A stretch of DNA of 64,000 nucleotides from Mobula hypostoma. Taxonomy: Eukaryota. Location of the stretch: assembly GCF_963921235.1 (NCBI RefSeq), contig NC_086108.1:47618001-47682000 (forward strand). Reading direction: 5' to 3'. A program made the translations under genes and the position numbers. Shown piece after piece: positions 63,076-64,000 of the stretch (positions are counted from its first letter, which is position 1; every line of letters begins with the position of its first letter). Below the pieces are notes generated by a model. The model was given only the letters and a program-made list of their open reading frames with translations, had not been told where the DNA came from and did no database searches.

Positions 63076-64000
63076 GGTGTCAGGTTGACTGGGGAGCACT
63101 AAAATTTCTATAGACACTGTGTCCCAGATCATACCAGTTTAGATAATATGGACAGAGAAATGGGTATAAAATCAGCATAATGTTATTAGGAGAATATTCT
63201 TTGTAATTTTAAAATAGTGTATTCTATGGTCTGGCTGCCTTTTTTAATCCTTAGCATATATTCATTCATGGTAATTGTTTTTCTTCTCTGTAGCAATCTT
63301 CCTCTCCTGCAGCCAGTGGAATATATTCTTTGCCATTTAATGTGATAATAGGAAAACAATTCCTCCCTTTTTGATAATTCAATTTATTTTTGATCCTAGT
63401 AAAATACTTCTAATGGAGATGTGTTTTGTGGCTTTAGTAAAGAAAATTAAAACATCTATCAAGATACTACTGTTATTTCTTGATGTGTGTAATGAACAAT
63501 AATTATCACGTGCCAATTATTCATTAGATATTTCTGTCAAATTATTCCCAGAACCACCAGTGCAGCACATAATAGCAGTGAACAAAAGCAGCTGCCATTG
63601 AAACATTGAGCCGATTATGGAGCTTAGTGAGCCATTCCTCTACAGTCATAAATATATAGTCTCCTCCTCCATCCTCCTCCACGACTGGTTTCATTTCCAT
63701 TTATAGTAAATACTCTCTCCATCAATCAGATTACTTGCGGCCTTCACAGTACCAAATGTAATTTCTATAGTAATAAATATTGAACGTAGGTGATCGTCAT
63801 TTGCCAGTGACATCACTCATTTTATATTAACTGCAATTAGCATTTATTTCTGTCTGCTGAATTCTCCAGAAATGTACAGTTATGATTTGAAATTTACTTC
63901 AATAGTTCTATTTACAGAAAAAGTATTTTATTTGTAATTTAGTATGTGATCATCATTTTTCAACAAGGATCAGCATTAAAATTAACTTTTATCAAGAAAT

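Noticed and set aside
48407..64000. Next SWT1 exon (expected NNDDRVL..C motif)
   Set aside because: Not found by eye. It probably lies beyond the window, so no further exons were called.

Overview
Repeat-dense vertebrate genomic DNA. The repeat mix (Penelope-like, CR1, Rex1/Babar, L1, Tx1, Tc1/Tigger, tRNA SINEs) suggests a cartilaginous fish, probably a ray (inference). Two spliced genes lie head-to-head around a compact CpG-rich promoter near 15.1 kb. TRMT1L is on the - strand (5 coding exons found, 15057 down to 6006, continuing off the left edge). SWT1, a PIN-domain RNA endonuclease, is on the + strand (putative non-coding exon 1 plus 8 coding exons, 28228-48406; later exons not found in the window). 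All exons were spliced by hand with GT-AG boundaries and consistent phases. The introns hold many decayed and nested transposable elements. The most notable non-genic signal is a family of Penelope-like-element (PLE) termini carrying minimal hammerhead ribozyme motifs: two intact copies in opposite orientation, many decayed copies, and short fold-back mini-elements with 10-16 bp target-site duplications (TSDs). Family and gene assignments come from my recognition of motifs, not from database searches.
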